From NCBI GenBank assembly GCA_965228895.1, contig OZ245842.1, positions 4,512,001 to 4,576,000 of the forward strand: a stretch of DNA of 64,000 bases, given 5' to 3'. A program made the position numbers and the translations under genes. The notes below the pieces were generated by a model that made no database searches, had not been told where the DNA came from, and worked only from the letters and a program-made list of their open reading frames with translations. Shown piece by piece: positions 9,650 through 19,418 of the stretch. Positions within the stretch are counted from its first letter, which is position 1, and every line of letters begins with the position of its first letter. This DNA comes from Alphaproteobacteria bacterium (GTDB taxonomy: Bacteria > Pseudomonadota > Alphaproteobacteria > SP197).

Positions 9650-10834
9650 TTATTCGGCAGCCGTCGCCTGTGACGGCTTACGGTCCGCGGCCAGGGTGCG
9701 CGCCAGATACTTCGAGAACTGGGCGACCGTCCCTTCGAAGTGGGATAGCGGGCCGCGGGCGGCCTTGCGCGAGCGCATGACCTTGGCGAGCTCTGTCGTC
9801 GCCAGCGCATCCTCCTCGTTAACCTTGGCGATGAGGTCACGGCGCTGGTCGGCGATATCAGGGTTGTCGGCGACAACCTCATTCCACACGAGATAACCGC
9901 CCAGGACCTTCGTCTTCTCGACACCGTCCGGGCGGAACGACAGCCAGTTGTTGGTGCCCGGCCGCATCGCCATGGTGAACGCCGGGAAGACATAGACCAT
10001 GTACCCGGTCTCGAGCTCTTCTTGCGTCAGTCCTGAGAGGTCGCCGACCGGATTCATCGCATGCGTCTTGCCGCCCAGGAACGCGTCGCCCATGCGGCAA
10101 CGTTCGTGGGTGAATGAGTTATCAGTCGCCGGGTTCTCGGGAATATAGGTTCCCTTCGCCGGCATCTGGACGCCCACCGTGTCGGCATGCAGGCCGATGT
10201 GGTGGTAGTACTCCATGGAGTTTTCGGCGCTGAGTTTCCAGTTGCCGTTCCACGTGGTCTCGTAATGGAAGATCTCCGTCTGATCGGCGATGCGGTAGTT
10301 GGCCGATGCCTTCTCCATCGACGCCATGACCGGTTGCAGCGGTTCGGCGTCGTCATCCAGATTGACGAACAGAAAACCCATCCAGTTGTCGAGACGATAC
10401 TCTGGCAAACTGCACGCCTTTTTATCGAACGCCGCCGAGCCCTCCATGTGCGGGGCGGCGACCAGCCGGCCGTCGGTGCCGTAGACCCAGGCGTGATAGG
10501 GGCAGACGAAGCGTTTGGTGTTGCCGCGGTCCTGCACCACCGGCATGTATCGGTGACGGCACACGCTGTTCAAAGCGCGCACCCGCCCGTCGGTGCCGCG
10601 CACGATGATCACCGGCTCGCCCATCACATCGATGGTGTAGTAGTCGCCGGGTTCGGGCACATATTCGTCGCGGCCGACACACAACCACGACTTCTCGAAG
10701 ATCTCGCGAACCTCCAGCGCGTGTAGATCAGGATCGAGGTAGGCCTCGCGCGGCAGCGACCAGCACGCATTGTCCGGTGTCGTCAAATAGGCGCCGAGAT
10801 CATCGAGCAGGTCGTCGAGGGACTTTACCATCAC
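9650..10834 (-). CDS. Rieske non-heme iron oxygenase alpha subunit
   Basis: CRHR...CPYHAW Rieske motif; NWK..ENSMEYYHHIGLH mononuclear iron motif. Confidence 0.92.
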   Translation of the reverse strand: MMVKSLDDLLDDLGAYLTTPDNACWSLPREAYLDPDLHALEVREIFEKSWLCVGRDEYVPEPGDYYTIDVMGEPVIIVRGTDGRVRALNSVCRHRYMPVVQDRGNTKRFVCPYHAWVYGTDGRLVAAPHMEGSAAFDKKACSLPEYRLDNWMGFLFVNLDDDAEPLQPVMASMEKASANYRIADQTEIFHYETTWNGNWKLSAENSMEYYHHIGLHADTVGVQMPAKGTYIPENPATDNSFTHERCRMGDAFLGGKTHAMNPVGDLSGLTQEELETGYMVYVFPAFTMAMRPGTNNWLSFRPDGVEKTKVLGGYLVWNEVVADNPDIADQRRDLIAKVNEEDALATTELAKVMRSRKAARGPLSHFEGTVAQFSKYLARTLAADRKPSQATAAE

Positions 10835-12099
10835 TAGGCGCAGGTTGCCGCGTTGTCGGCGACCGGTTTGCCGCCCATACGGCCGAGATACCAGGCAACG
10901 AAACCGATCGTGCCGCGTTCCCTCAGCGAATAGACGCCGGGCTCATAGCGGCGCGAGTTCACGCCGAGCTGGTTGTCGCCGATGATCTTGGTGTCCTCGA
11001 CCGTGGTCACGTCCCACATCCACACCAAACGATCGAGGTCGAAGTCTTTGTCCTCGATCGCGTCGTCACGGACCAGCCAACTGACCAGCACATCGGTGTG
11101 GGTTGGCGTGACCGGCGTAAAGCGGAACAGCGTCGCGTGGTCGTTGGCCAGATAGACATAGGTCAGCGGGCCGAAGATCAGCAGCGTCTCACCGCCATCC
11201 CATTGTTTGAGGTCACCCATCAGCGGCGCTACCGGTTGGCCGTCCTCCGACAGCGTGACGTAGCCGTCGCGGATCGGCTGGCGGAAGACGCCATAGGGCT
11301 GCTTCTGGTTCTGCCCCTCGCCCCACGGCCGCAAACCGCGCGTGACGTGTCCCTTGGCTTCCCACTCGGCGGCCCATGCCTCGACAACCTTGTCACGCGC
11401 AGGCCGGTCGCGGTTGCCGTCGTTCACATAGGCATTGACCATGGTGTACTCGGGGTGCGCGGGCGCACAGTGATAACACTCGCGGAAGTTCTCGACCGCC
11501 AGCTTCCAGTTGCCATCGGTCGGATAACGCTTGATCGCCACGACCTTCGCGGCGTCAAGCCGGTAGGGTTCCATAAACGGCGCGAACGCCTGTTCCATTT
11601 CCGAAAAGTCGATGACGTCGGGGTCGTCGTCATCCGCCAGGTTGATGAAGATCATGCCCTGCCAGACGCGGACCTGACAGCGGTGTAAGGGCCAGGCGGC
11701 GGGATCGAAGTCATCGGGCATCTGCGTCGCGCGCATCAGCTCGCCTTCCAGGTTCCAGACCCAGGCGTGATAGGGACAGGTCAGCGTGCGGACATTGTCC
11801 TTTTCCTTAAGGCAGATACGGCTGCCGCGATGGCGGCAGACGTTGAAGAAGGCCCGCACCTCCTTATCCCGCCCACGCACCAGAATGATGGACTCACCGG
11901 CGATCTCATAGGTGATGACGTCGCCGGGGCTCGGGATCGCCGACACATGGTCGACGAAAAGCCACTGCTTGGCGACGATACGCTCGAGATCGCGCTCAAA
12001 GATCGACGGATCCGTATAGAACGGCTGTTCCAACGACATGCCCGGCGTTTGGCGGGCGACCAAGTCTTCCAGCGACAGCGCAGGTTCGATCGACATCAC
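10834..12099 (-). CDS. Rieske oxygenase alpha subunit, GbcA/Stc2 (betaine N-demethylase)-like
   Basis: CRHRGS...CPYHAW, ENFRECYHCAPAHPE and WDVTTVED...NQLGVNSRRYEPG motifs. Confidence 0.9.
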   Translation of the reverse strand: MMSIEPALSLEDLVARQTPGMSLEQPFYTDPSIFERDLERIVAKQWLFVDHVSAIPSPGDVITYEIAGESIILVRGRDKEVRAFFNVCRHRGSRICLKEKDNVRTLTCPYHAWVWNLEGELMRATQMPDDFDPAAWPLHRCQVRVWQGMIFINLADDDDPDVIDFSEMEQAFAPFMEPYRLDAAKVVAIKRYPTDGNWKLAVENFRECYHCAPAHPEYTMVNAYVNDGNRDRPARDKVVEAWAAEWEAKGHVTRGLRPWGEGQNQKQPYGVFRQPIRDGYVTLSEDGQPVAPLMGDLKQWDGGETLLIFGPLTYVYLANDHATLFRFTPVTPTHTDVLVSWLVRDDAIEDKDFDLDRLVWMWDVTTVEDTKIIGDNQLGVNSRRYEPGVYSLRERGTIGFVAWYLGRMGGKPVADNAATCA

Positions 12100-12191
12100 G
12101 GACCTCCACGAGCCATTTCCCGCGCACTTTCCCGCCGCATGGGGGCGGTCGTCAACAACAATGACAGGTACGAAGACCCGGAATCGTTAGG

Positions 12192-12803
12192 TCAGCGCTC
12201 GGCGAGCGCGAGGCGCAACCCCAACCCGGCAAAGGCGGCCGCGAAGCCGCGCCGGATAACCAGCATCACGGTCGGGCGCTCAACGATGTAATAGCGCGCG
12301 TAGGCAGCAAGCAGGCCATAGGCGACAAAGACAACGAAGGTCAGCGCCATGAAGACCAGGGCCAACGTCACCATGTGCAGAGTCGGATGGGCGGCAACCG
12401 GATCGACGAACTGCGGCAGAAACGCCACAAAGAAGATCGAGAGCTTCGGGTTCAACAGATTGATGGCGATGCCGCGGCGCACGATCTGACCCATGCGCCG
12501 CTGTTTGCCCGCCTCACCGACGGTCAGGGCACCGCCTTCACGCCACGCGCTCCATGCGAGATAAAGGAGATAGGCAACGCCGGCATACCGGACGATGTCG
12601 AACGCGAGCGCACTGGTATGAACGATCGCGGCCAAGCCCAGAATAGATGCCGCGATATGGGGCACGATGCCGAGCGTGCAGCCAAAGGCTGCGTAGATAC
12701 TGGCCCGCCGGCCAAGGCCGATCCCGTTGGCAAGCGTATAGATCACACCGGTTCCAGGCGCGATCACGATCACCAACGCGGTCACCAAAAATTCCCAGCT
12801 CAT
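12192..12803 (-). CDS. LysE/RhtB-family exporter
   Basis: APGTG, GVAYLLYLAW and NLLNPK motifs. Confidence 0.92.
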   Translation of the reverse strand: MSWEFLVTALVIVIAPGTGVIYTLANGIGLGRRASIYAAFGCTLGIVPHIAASILGLAAIVHTSALAFDIVRYAGVAYLLYLAWSAWREGGALTVGEAGKQRRMGQIVRRGIAINLLNPKLSIFFVAFLPQFVDPVAAHPTLHMVTLALVFMALTFVVFVAYGLLAAYARYYIVERPTVMLVIRRGFAAAFAGLGLRLALAER

Positions 12804-12909
12804 AGGGTCGGCCTACCTTGGCTCCGGCGATCGGTCAATGGCCTAGCCCATCACAAGAACCAGCATGACCGTCTGGACACGCAGGCGGATTCAGGGAAAA
12901 CGGGGAACC

Positions 12910-14478
12910 TCAAACAGCATCGTCGCCAACGGCGGCCGCCAAGCGTTCGCAAAAGGTCTGCACCACCTTCAGTCGCGCAAAGCGTTTGTCGTTGCCTTCA
13001 ACCAGGGTCCAAGGCGCGACTGAAGTGCTGGTGTACTGCACCATGTCGTTGACCGCCTGTTCGTACTCGACCCATTGGTTTCGGTTGCGCCAGTCCTCTT
13101 CGGTCAGCTTCCAGCGCTTATAGGGCGTCTTTTCGCGCGCCTTGAAGCGGGAGAGTTGCTCGTTCTTGCTGATGTGGATCCAGTACTTGATCAGGACGAT
13201 GCCGTGATCGATCAGCTGCTCTTCGAAGTCGTTGATTTCGGCGTAGGAGCGTCGCCATTCGTCTTCGGTGGCGAAACCGTTAATGCGCTCGACCAGCACG
13301 CGGCCATACCACGACCGGTCGAACACCGTAACGAGACCGGCGCGCGGCAGCCGCCGCCAAAACCGCCAAAGATAGTGCTGCGCGTTCTCTTCATCGCTTG
13401 GTGCGGCGATACCGTGGACCTGCAGATTGCGGGCGTCGAGGCCTTCGTTGATCCGGCGGATGGCGCCGCCCTTACCGGCCGCGTCAGGCCCTTCGAACAC
13501 CAGGATGCTGGAGACCTTGTCGGCCTTTGCCTTCAGGTGCAGACGATGCAGTTCGGCCTGCTGCTCGACCAGTCGGCTGACGTAATCGTCCTTGTCGAGA
13601 CGCTTGGTCATGTCGAGCTGGCTCAGGATGGTAATCGACGTTGCCGCGTTGAAACCGGCGCCGTTGTTCTTCTTATGCGACGTGCCCGACTTGTCCTTGC
13701 CGTTCTTCTTGTTTTTGGTGTCCTGCTGAGCGGCTGCACAGGCGCCGGGAAGAATCCCGTCATCCACCTGACCCAACCGGCGTTCCAACGCATCGCGCAG
13801 GATGGTCGCCACGGTGATCGAGCGATAGTTCGCATCGGTGCCTTCGATCACCGTCCACGGCGCAATGCCCCGGTTGGTCCGCGTAATCACATGCTCGGCC
13901 GTATCGATGAACCGGTCGTAGAGGCGCCAGTTCTCCCAATCCCGCTCGGTGACGCGGGCCTTGGTCAACGGATCGCGTTCCAGGTTTTTAAGACGCTCTT
14001 CCTGGGCGCCATGGCTTAGATGCATCCAGAATTTCTGGATCTCCGCACCGTCGCGGGCGAGCGCCCGTTCAAAGCGCACGATGCGGGTCATCTCCTTCAG
14101 GAACGTCGCTTCGTCCATGGTGCCATGGGCGTGCTCGACAACCGGGCGGGAGTACCAAGCGCTCAGAAACATGCCGACGCGCCCGCGCGGCGGCAGGTCG
14201 CGCCAGTAACGCCAAAACTCCGGGCGCTGGTGTTCGTCGTCGGTCGCCTCGTCATAGGCGCGGGTGATCAGCCAGCGCGGGTCCATCCACTCGTTGAGCA
14301 GACTGACCGTCTCGCCCTTGCCACCGCCATCGACTCCGGCGAACACCAGGATGACCTGAAATTTCCGGCTCTTGCGCAGCTCATCCTGCAGCTCAAGGAG
14401 ATCCTGACGCATGGCGTCCGACGACTTCCGGAAGTCTTTCCGCGAAATCGCGCGCCCAAGCTCGGCCGTTTCAAACAT
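12910..14478 (-). CDS. pap: Polyphosphate:AMP phosphotransferase (two-domain PPK2)
   Basis: MFETAELG start; two PPK2 domains with GVDGGGKG and EGPDAAGKGG Walker A, and FDRSWYGRVLVER. Confidence 0.9.
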   Translation of the reverse strand: MFETAELGRAISRKDFRKSSDAMRQDLLELQDELRKSRKFQVILVFAGVDGGGKGETVSLLNEWMDPRWLITRAYDEATDDEHQRPEFWRYWRDLPPRGRVGMFLSAWYSRPVVEHAHGTMDEATFLKEMTRIVRFERALARDGAEIQKFWMHLSHGAQEERLKNLERDPLTKARVTERDWENWRLYDRFIDTAEHVITRTNRGIAPWTVIEGTDANYRSITVATILRDALERRLGQVDDGILPGACAAAQQDTKNKKNGKDKSGTSHKKNNGAGFNAATSITILSQLDMTKRLDKDDYVSRLVEQQAELHRLHLKAKADKVSSILVFEGPDAAGKGGAIRRINEGLDARNLQVHGIAAPSDEENAQHYLWRFWRRLPRAGLVTVFDRSWYGRVLVERINGFATEDEWRRSYAEINDFEEQLIDHGIVLIKYWIHISKNEQLSRFKAREKTPYKRWKLTEEDWRNRNQWVEYEQAVNDMVQYTSTSVAPWTLVEGNDKRFARLKVVQTFCERLAAAVGDDAV

Positions 14479-14631
14479 GACGTTCCCCCGCGCGGGCGGG
14501 TCCTCCCGGGACGTCATCGCGCCCTGGGATCGGCCCGCCCGTCATTGAGACGTCATACTATAGCAAGATAAGGACGCTCCAGTTGACCTAGCTCAATGCG
14601 CGCCAAGCGATCGCACGCCAAGCGCGCGGAT

Positions 14632-15870
14632 TCATGACGCCAGACGCTCCAGGTACCAGCTGGCAAAGCTGCTGGAATAACTCTCCTGCGGCGCGTAGGG
14701 GCCCGGCAAATAGCGGGTCGAGTTCACGCCCTTCTGGTTGTCGATGATGATCTTGGTGTCCTCGATCGTCGTCACGTCCCACATCCACTTGAGGCGCTCG
14801 AGGTCATAGTCCTTTTCCTCAGCATCGGCACGCACATGCCAAGTGACGACCACATCGGAGTGGGTCGCGGAAACCGGCGTGAAGCGGAACATGCACAGAT
14901 GGTCGGCGCACAGATAGGCATAGGACAGCGCGCCGAAGGTGAACGCGGTCTCGCCGCCGTCCCAATCCGTGAGATTGCCGAGCAACGGCGCGACCGGTTT
15001 GCCGTCTTCGGATAGGGTGACATACCCCTCGCGGATTGGCTGGCGCCAATAGCCATAGGGCTGACGCCGGTCCGCGCTGCTGGTCTCGTCGTGACCAACC
15101 GGATGGCCGAGGGCGACCGTCTCCTTCTCCCACTCCTTGACTACCGGCTCATAGGTCTCCCAACCCTTATCGCTAGCGCGCACATAGGCGTTGACCATGG
15201 TGTATTCGGGATGGGCGGGGATGCAGTGGTAACACTCCCGGAAGTTGTCGACGACAAGCTTCCAGTTGGCTGCCGTTGGATAGACCTCGCGATGCACGAT
15301 CTTGGTGTCCTCCAGGCGTTGGAGCACAACAAAGCGCTCGAGGTCGTCGGCCATGTCGTCGAACGACGCGACGTCGGGGTCACCTTCCGCCGCCATGCAA
15401 ATGAAAATCAGGCCGTGCCAGACGCGCACCTGACACTTGTGCAGCGGGAACTTGCCCTTGTCGAAATCGTCGGGCATGCCGCGCGCGCCGACCAGCTTGC
15501 CGTCGAGGTCATAGACCCAGGCGTGATAGGGGCAGGTCAACGTCCTGACATTGCCGGATTCCTTCAGGCAGATATGGCTGCCGCGATGGCGGCACACGTT
15601 GAAGAACGCGTTGACGGCGCCGTCCTTGCCGCGCACGACGATGATCGATTCCTTGCCGATGTTGTAGAGCAGGAAGTCGCCCTTGTTCGGGATCTCCGAG
15701 GTGTGATCGACATAAATCCATGACTTGCCGACGATCTTCTGCAGGTCGCGCTCGAAGATGTCGGGGTCGCAATAGAACGGCTGCTCCAGGGTGAACCCCG
15801 GCTTCTGCCGCTTGATGAGGTCCTCAAAGGACACAACGCCGCCGCCATTGTGCATCGCCGTCGCCTCCAC
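14632..15870 (-). CDS. Rieske oxygenase alpha subunit, GbcA/Stc2-like; paralog of 10834-12099
   Basis: CRHRGSHIC...CPYHAW, DNFRECYHCIPAHPE and NQKGVNSTRYLPGPY motifs; start uncertain. Confidence 0.9.
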   Translation of the reverse strand: MEATAMHNGGGVVSFEDLIKRQKPGFTLEQPFYCDPDIFERDLQKIVGKSWIYVDHTSEIPNKGDFLLYNIGKESIIVVRGKDGAVNAFFNVCRHRGSHICLKESGNVRTLTCPYHAWVYDLDGKLVGARGMPDDFDKGKFPLHKCQVRVWHGLIFICMAAEGDPDVASFDDMADDLERFVVLQRLEDTKIVHREVYPTAANWKLVVDNFRECYHCIPAHPEYTMVNAYVRASDKGWETYEPVVKEWEKETVALGHPVGHDETSSADRRQPYGYWRQPIREGYVTLSEDGKPVAPLLGNLTDWDGGETAFTFGALSYAYLCADHLCMFRFTPVSATHSDVVVTWHVRADAEEKDYDLERLKWMWDVTTIEDTKIIIDNQKGVNSTRYLPGPYAPQESYSSSFASWYLERLAS

Positions 15871-16180
15871 GAAAAATGTCTGTAAGGGGCGGGAAACCTA
15901 GCGCTTTCGGCACTTCGGCGGCAAGCGAGATTCATTCATGCCTGACATAACCTCATTTATCTGATGGGTTGATCGGCGGCTCGGCCCGACCGGTCGAGAC
16001 CCTGCCAATCGCACAGGACGTGCGGAATCGGCTGCGCCATGCGGGAAGGGAACCGCCGGATTGGGCGCGCCGCTTCTTCGCTCATCGTCGCGGTTGCTCG
16101 CGTTGACGGTCGCAAGGGTCAAATCGATGGCCAGTCCGGCATGCTCCTTCGACCGGCAAGCCGTGCTAGCCTTGGACTCG

Positions 16181-17371
16181 ATGGAACAGACCCCGCCAGC
16201 ATCTGACTGGGAAACCGATCTTCCCTTCGGCCTGCCTTTCAGTCCGGAGGAGTACCAGGACCGGCTCGCCCGCGTGCGCGCCGCGATGGCCGCCGCCGAT
16301 CTTGACCTGTTGCTCGTCACGAGCCCTGAGAACATCTATTGGCTGACCGGCTACCGCACCACCGGTTACTACGTCTATCAGCTGCTGGTCGTTCCCGCCG
16401 ACGGCGAGGCCGTCTTTGTCACCAGCAGGCTTGAAGGCGAAGCGGTTCGCGCGCTGAGCTGGATCAAGGGCAACGTCACCGTCTTCATGGGTGACGACGA
16501 GGTCGCCGCCAGCCTGGATGCGGCGCGTAGGGCTTGCGCAACGATCCGACGCTTCGGCTACGAGGAACGCGGCTTTTGGCTGCCGCCGCGCATTCTGGAT
16601 GCGTTTCGCGAGACCTTCGGACAACGTGCCGGCCTGGCGGCAGGCAACATCATGGAAGACGCGCGGCGCATCAAGTCGCCGGCTGAGATCACCTGTATTC
16701 GCGAAGCCGCGCGGATAGCCTCCGTGGGCATGGCCGCCGGTATCGCGGCCGTCGAACCGGGCCGGACCGAGAACGTCATTGCCGGGGCGGTCTTCGCCGC
16801 CATGATGGAAGCGGGCGGCGAACAGCCGGCCGGCGGCCCTTATGTGGTGGCGGGGCCGCGCGCGGCGGTGACCCATATGCTGCCGGAGCGCGCGGTCGTT
16901 CAGACCGGCGAGCCCGTCTACTTCGAGGTCGGCGGCTGTTACCGCCGCTATTCCGGCTCCCTGATGCGCATGGCCTGTGCCGGCCCGCCATCGAACGAGA
17001 TGGCCAGCCGGGCCGGCGTCATGATCGAGGCGCTGGAAGCCATGATCGCGGCGATCCGTCCGGGTGTCGCCAGCCAGGATATCGACCGCGCCGGCCGTCA
17101 GATCGTTGAAAAGGCGGGGTTCGCGGATTGCTTTCGCCACCGTGCCGGTTACTCCCTGGGCGTCGCCTTCGCGCCCGGCTGGGGTGAAGGGCTGGTGATG
17201 GACATCGCCGAGGGTAACGACAGACCGCTTGCCGCCGGCATGGTGTTCCATCTGGTGCCGATGGCCGGCTTCCGCGGCTGGGGCAACATGGGTTTCAGTG
17301 AAACCGTGTTGGTTACTGACGAAAGCTGTGAGGTTTTGACTGATATGCCGCGAGAGCTCGCCGTTTGCTGA
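16181..17371 (+). CDS. M24 hydrolase, ectoine hydrolase (EutD/DoeA)-like
   Basis: FSPEEYQDR, RRIKSPAEI, FEVGGCYRRY, RAGYSLGVAFAPGWGE and GFSETV motifs. Confidence 0.82.
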   Translation: MEQTPPASDWETDLPFGLPFSPEEYQDRLARVRAAMAAADLDLLLVTSPENIYWLTGYRTTGYYVYQLLVVPADGEAVFVTSRLEGEAVRALSWIKGNVTVFMGDDEVAASLDAARRACATIRRFGYEERGFWLPPRILDAFRETFGQRAGLAAGNIMEDARRIKSPAEITCIREAARIASVGMAAGIAAVEPGRTENVIAGAVFAAMMEAGGEQPAGGPYVVAGPRAAVTHMLPERAVVQTGEPVYFEVGGCYRRYSGSLMRMACAGPPSNEMASRAGVMIEALEAMIAAIRPGVASQDIDRAGRQIVEKAGFADCFRHRAGYSLGVAFAPGWGEGLVMDIAEGNDRPLAAGMVFHLVPMAGFRGWGNMGFSETVLVTDESCEVLTDMPRELAVC

Positions 17372-17435
17372 CGTGGGCATTGAGTAGAATGCCCGAATCA
17401 ACATCACACCCATCAACAACCATGGATCAGGGCCG

Positions 17436-17894
17436 ATGGACCTAGCCGACGACGAGCTGCTGAGCTTCGCCTATGGCTCGAACATGGCGAGCCGGTATCT
17501 GCGCCAGGAATGCCCGTCGGCAACCGCCGTCATGCGCGCGGTTCTGCCCAACTACCGCATCGAGTTCCGCCGCTTCTCGACCAATTTGAAGGGCGGGATC
17601 AGCACGATCATGGAAGCGCCGGGCCATCTGGTCCATGGCGTCCTCTATCGCATCCGCCACGCCGACTTTGACGCGCTGGATGTTTTGGAGAACCTCGGCG
17701 AAGGCCTTTACCGGCGCGAGACGTTCCTGGTCCTTGGCGAGGACGGGCAATGGCATCAAGGTGACCTCTACCGTGTCGCCCATCCGGCCGGACCGTTCAA
17801 GGTGGCGCCGTCTTATCTGGCCCTGATGCTGGAAGGCGCGCGCGAACACGCCCTGCCCGATGCCTACGTCAAATCCCTCGAAGCGCTGGCCTAA
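17436..17894 (+). CDS. Gamma-glutamylcyclotransferase (GGCT/AIG2-like)
   Basis: FAYGSNM, VHGVLY and LDVLE motifs. Confidence 0.85.
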   Translation: MDLADDELLSFAYGSNMASRYLRQECPSATAVMRAVLPNYRIEFRRFSTNLKGGISTIMEAPGHLVHGVLYRIRHADFDALDVLENLGEGLYRRETFLVLGEDGQWHQGDLYRVAHPAGPFKVAPSYLALMLEGAREHALPDAYVKSLEALA

Positions 17895-19174
17895 TCACCG
17901 CCGCCGGTGACAAGGTTCTGCGCCAGCGCCCGCGCTTCGGCAGCCTGTTCGTCGGTAAGGGCGTCGCCAAAGTCGGCCTCCAGCTGGTGCGCACGGATGT
18001 AGTCGAGCCCGGGATCAGTGTTCGCAAGCGCGACAATCGCCCAGGCATAAGCCAGCACCGGGTCCGCATCGACGTCTGTTCCGGTGGCGTAGCGTTCGGC
18101 CAGATCAAGTTGCGCGGCAAGCAGCCCCCAGCGCGCGGCCTCCAGCACCTGATCAAATTGGCTGACGCCTTCCGGGCGCATATAGAAGACGCCGTTCGGC
18201 TGGCTGGACAGGACATAGACCGCATCGGCCATGCCCGCTTCCTTCGCGTCTTCGAGCAAGGGCAGGCGCAGGTTGTTCATCGGCACAATGCCCCAGCCAT
18301 CCTTTGCCATCATGGCCAGGCCATAGATGGCCGGGCCATAACCGTGACGTCCGCCGACAAGATACCAGTCCGAAGCGGTCTCCTGGTCGGCCGGGCCGAT
18401 GCGCGCCAGGCGGTACATGTCGCCCATCAGGGCGCCGGCGGCGGCTTCATCGCGTTCCCCGGCAACTTCAAGCAGCTCGACGGCACGCGCATAGTCGCCG
18501 CTTCGGATGGCAAGCCGGGCTTGCTTCACCTCGTCGCTGTCGGTTTCGGGCGACATGCCGGGCCAGGTCCAGTCGGCGTAACCGGCATCGGGAACAATGG
18601 TGATGCCCCAGATTTCCGGCGGCACACCTTCGACAATGACGGCAACGCCATCAATCACGCGAACGACGCGTTGGGGCGAACCCGGCCAACCGAGCCAGGA
18701 TTCCGACATGATCCCATAGAGCCACTTGGCGCTCGGCGTCATCGCCGCGCGTACGGGGTCGTCTTCGGCCGAGAAGGTCGGTCCCTCGGGCGTTGGACCC
18801 GCCACGTCGGTCAGGATAGCCGCCACCGCTTCAACACGATGCCTCAGGTTTTCCCAAGGCGGAACGAGAATGAACTGTATCTGGCGGGTTCCACCGCTCT
18901 CGCCCGGGTAGATAACAACGCTTATGCCCTGACCTTCGATTGTGTCAGCGCCCGTCTCTCCGGCACCGCCAACAAGCAGCGGCCCGACATAGCGATCGTT
19001 AACGTTTTCGAATCGCTCGTCCGTGAAGGCACCAGTCTCGATCAGCTTGTCCGCCACGGCCCGAGGGCTGAGCGAAAACTCATCGGCTCTTGTTTGGTCA
19101 GGTGTAATGACAAGTGTGATCAAAACCGCGAGAACGGCGCAACACAAGAAAAACGCGGAGAATTGACGCGGCAT
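17891..19174 (-). CDS. Exported Sel1/TPR-repeat protein (start uncertain, 19174-19255)
   Basis: Hydrophobic signal-like N-terminus; C-terminal Sel1-like repeats (AQLDLAERYATGTDV...AYAW). Confidence 0.7.
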   Translation of the reverse strand: MPRQFSAFFLCCAVLAVLITLVITPDQTRADEFSLSPRAVADKLIETGAFTDERFENVNDRYVGPLLVGGAGETGADTIEGQGISVVIYPGESGGTRQIQFILVPPWENLRHRVEAVAAILTDVAGPTPEGPTFSAEDDPVRAAMTPSAKWLYGIMSESWLGWPGSPQRVVRVIDGVAVIVEGVPPEIWGITIVPDAGYADWTWPGMSPETDSDEVKQARLAIRSGDYARAVELLEVAGERDEAAAGALMGDMYRLARIGPADQETASDWYLVGGRHGYGPAIYGLAMMAKDGWGIVPMNNLRLPLLEDAKEAGMADAVYVLSSQPNGVFYMRPEGVSQFDQVLEAARWGLLAAQLDLAERYATGTDVDADPVLAYAWAIVALANTDPGLDYIRAHQLEADFGDALTDEQAAEARALAQNLVTGGGD

Positions 19175-19297
19175 CGATCGATGTTTCGTTGAAATGGGCA
19201 AAGTCTTACGCATCACGGAACTGTCCTGCTTGATGGATCGACCATAAACGGGCAATGATTGGAGAACAGATCCGAGAACCCTTTGGGCTCACGCTTA

Positions 19298-19316
19298 TTG
19301 ACATATCGAGTGTCAA
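19298..19316. promoter_or_regulatory. Palindrome TTGACA-N7-TGTCAA (candidate operator overlapping a -35 box) upstream of the ABC operon
   Basis: Perfect 6-bp inverted repeat in the divergent intergenic region. Confidence 0.45.
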
Positions 19317-19418
19317 AATGCGACTCCTAGAGGCAGATACGGGACAAGAAGCGGAACAACCGCCGTCCGAAAAAATGGAGACGAACAGTCCGTCTGGGTG
19401 AGGATACACAACGAAACC

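Noticed and set aside
13660-13725. Lys/Asn-rich low-complexity stretch inside pap
   Set aside because: In-frame linker between the two PPK2 domains; no sign of an inserted element
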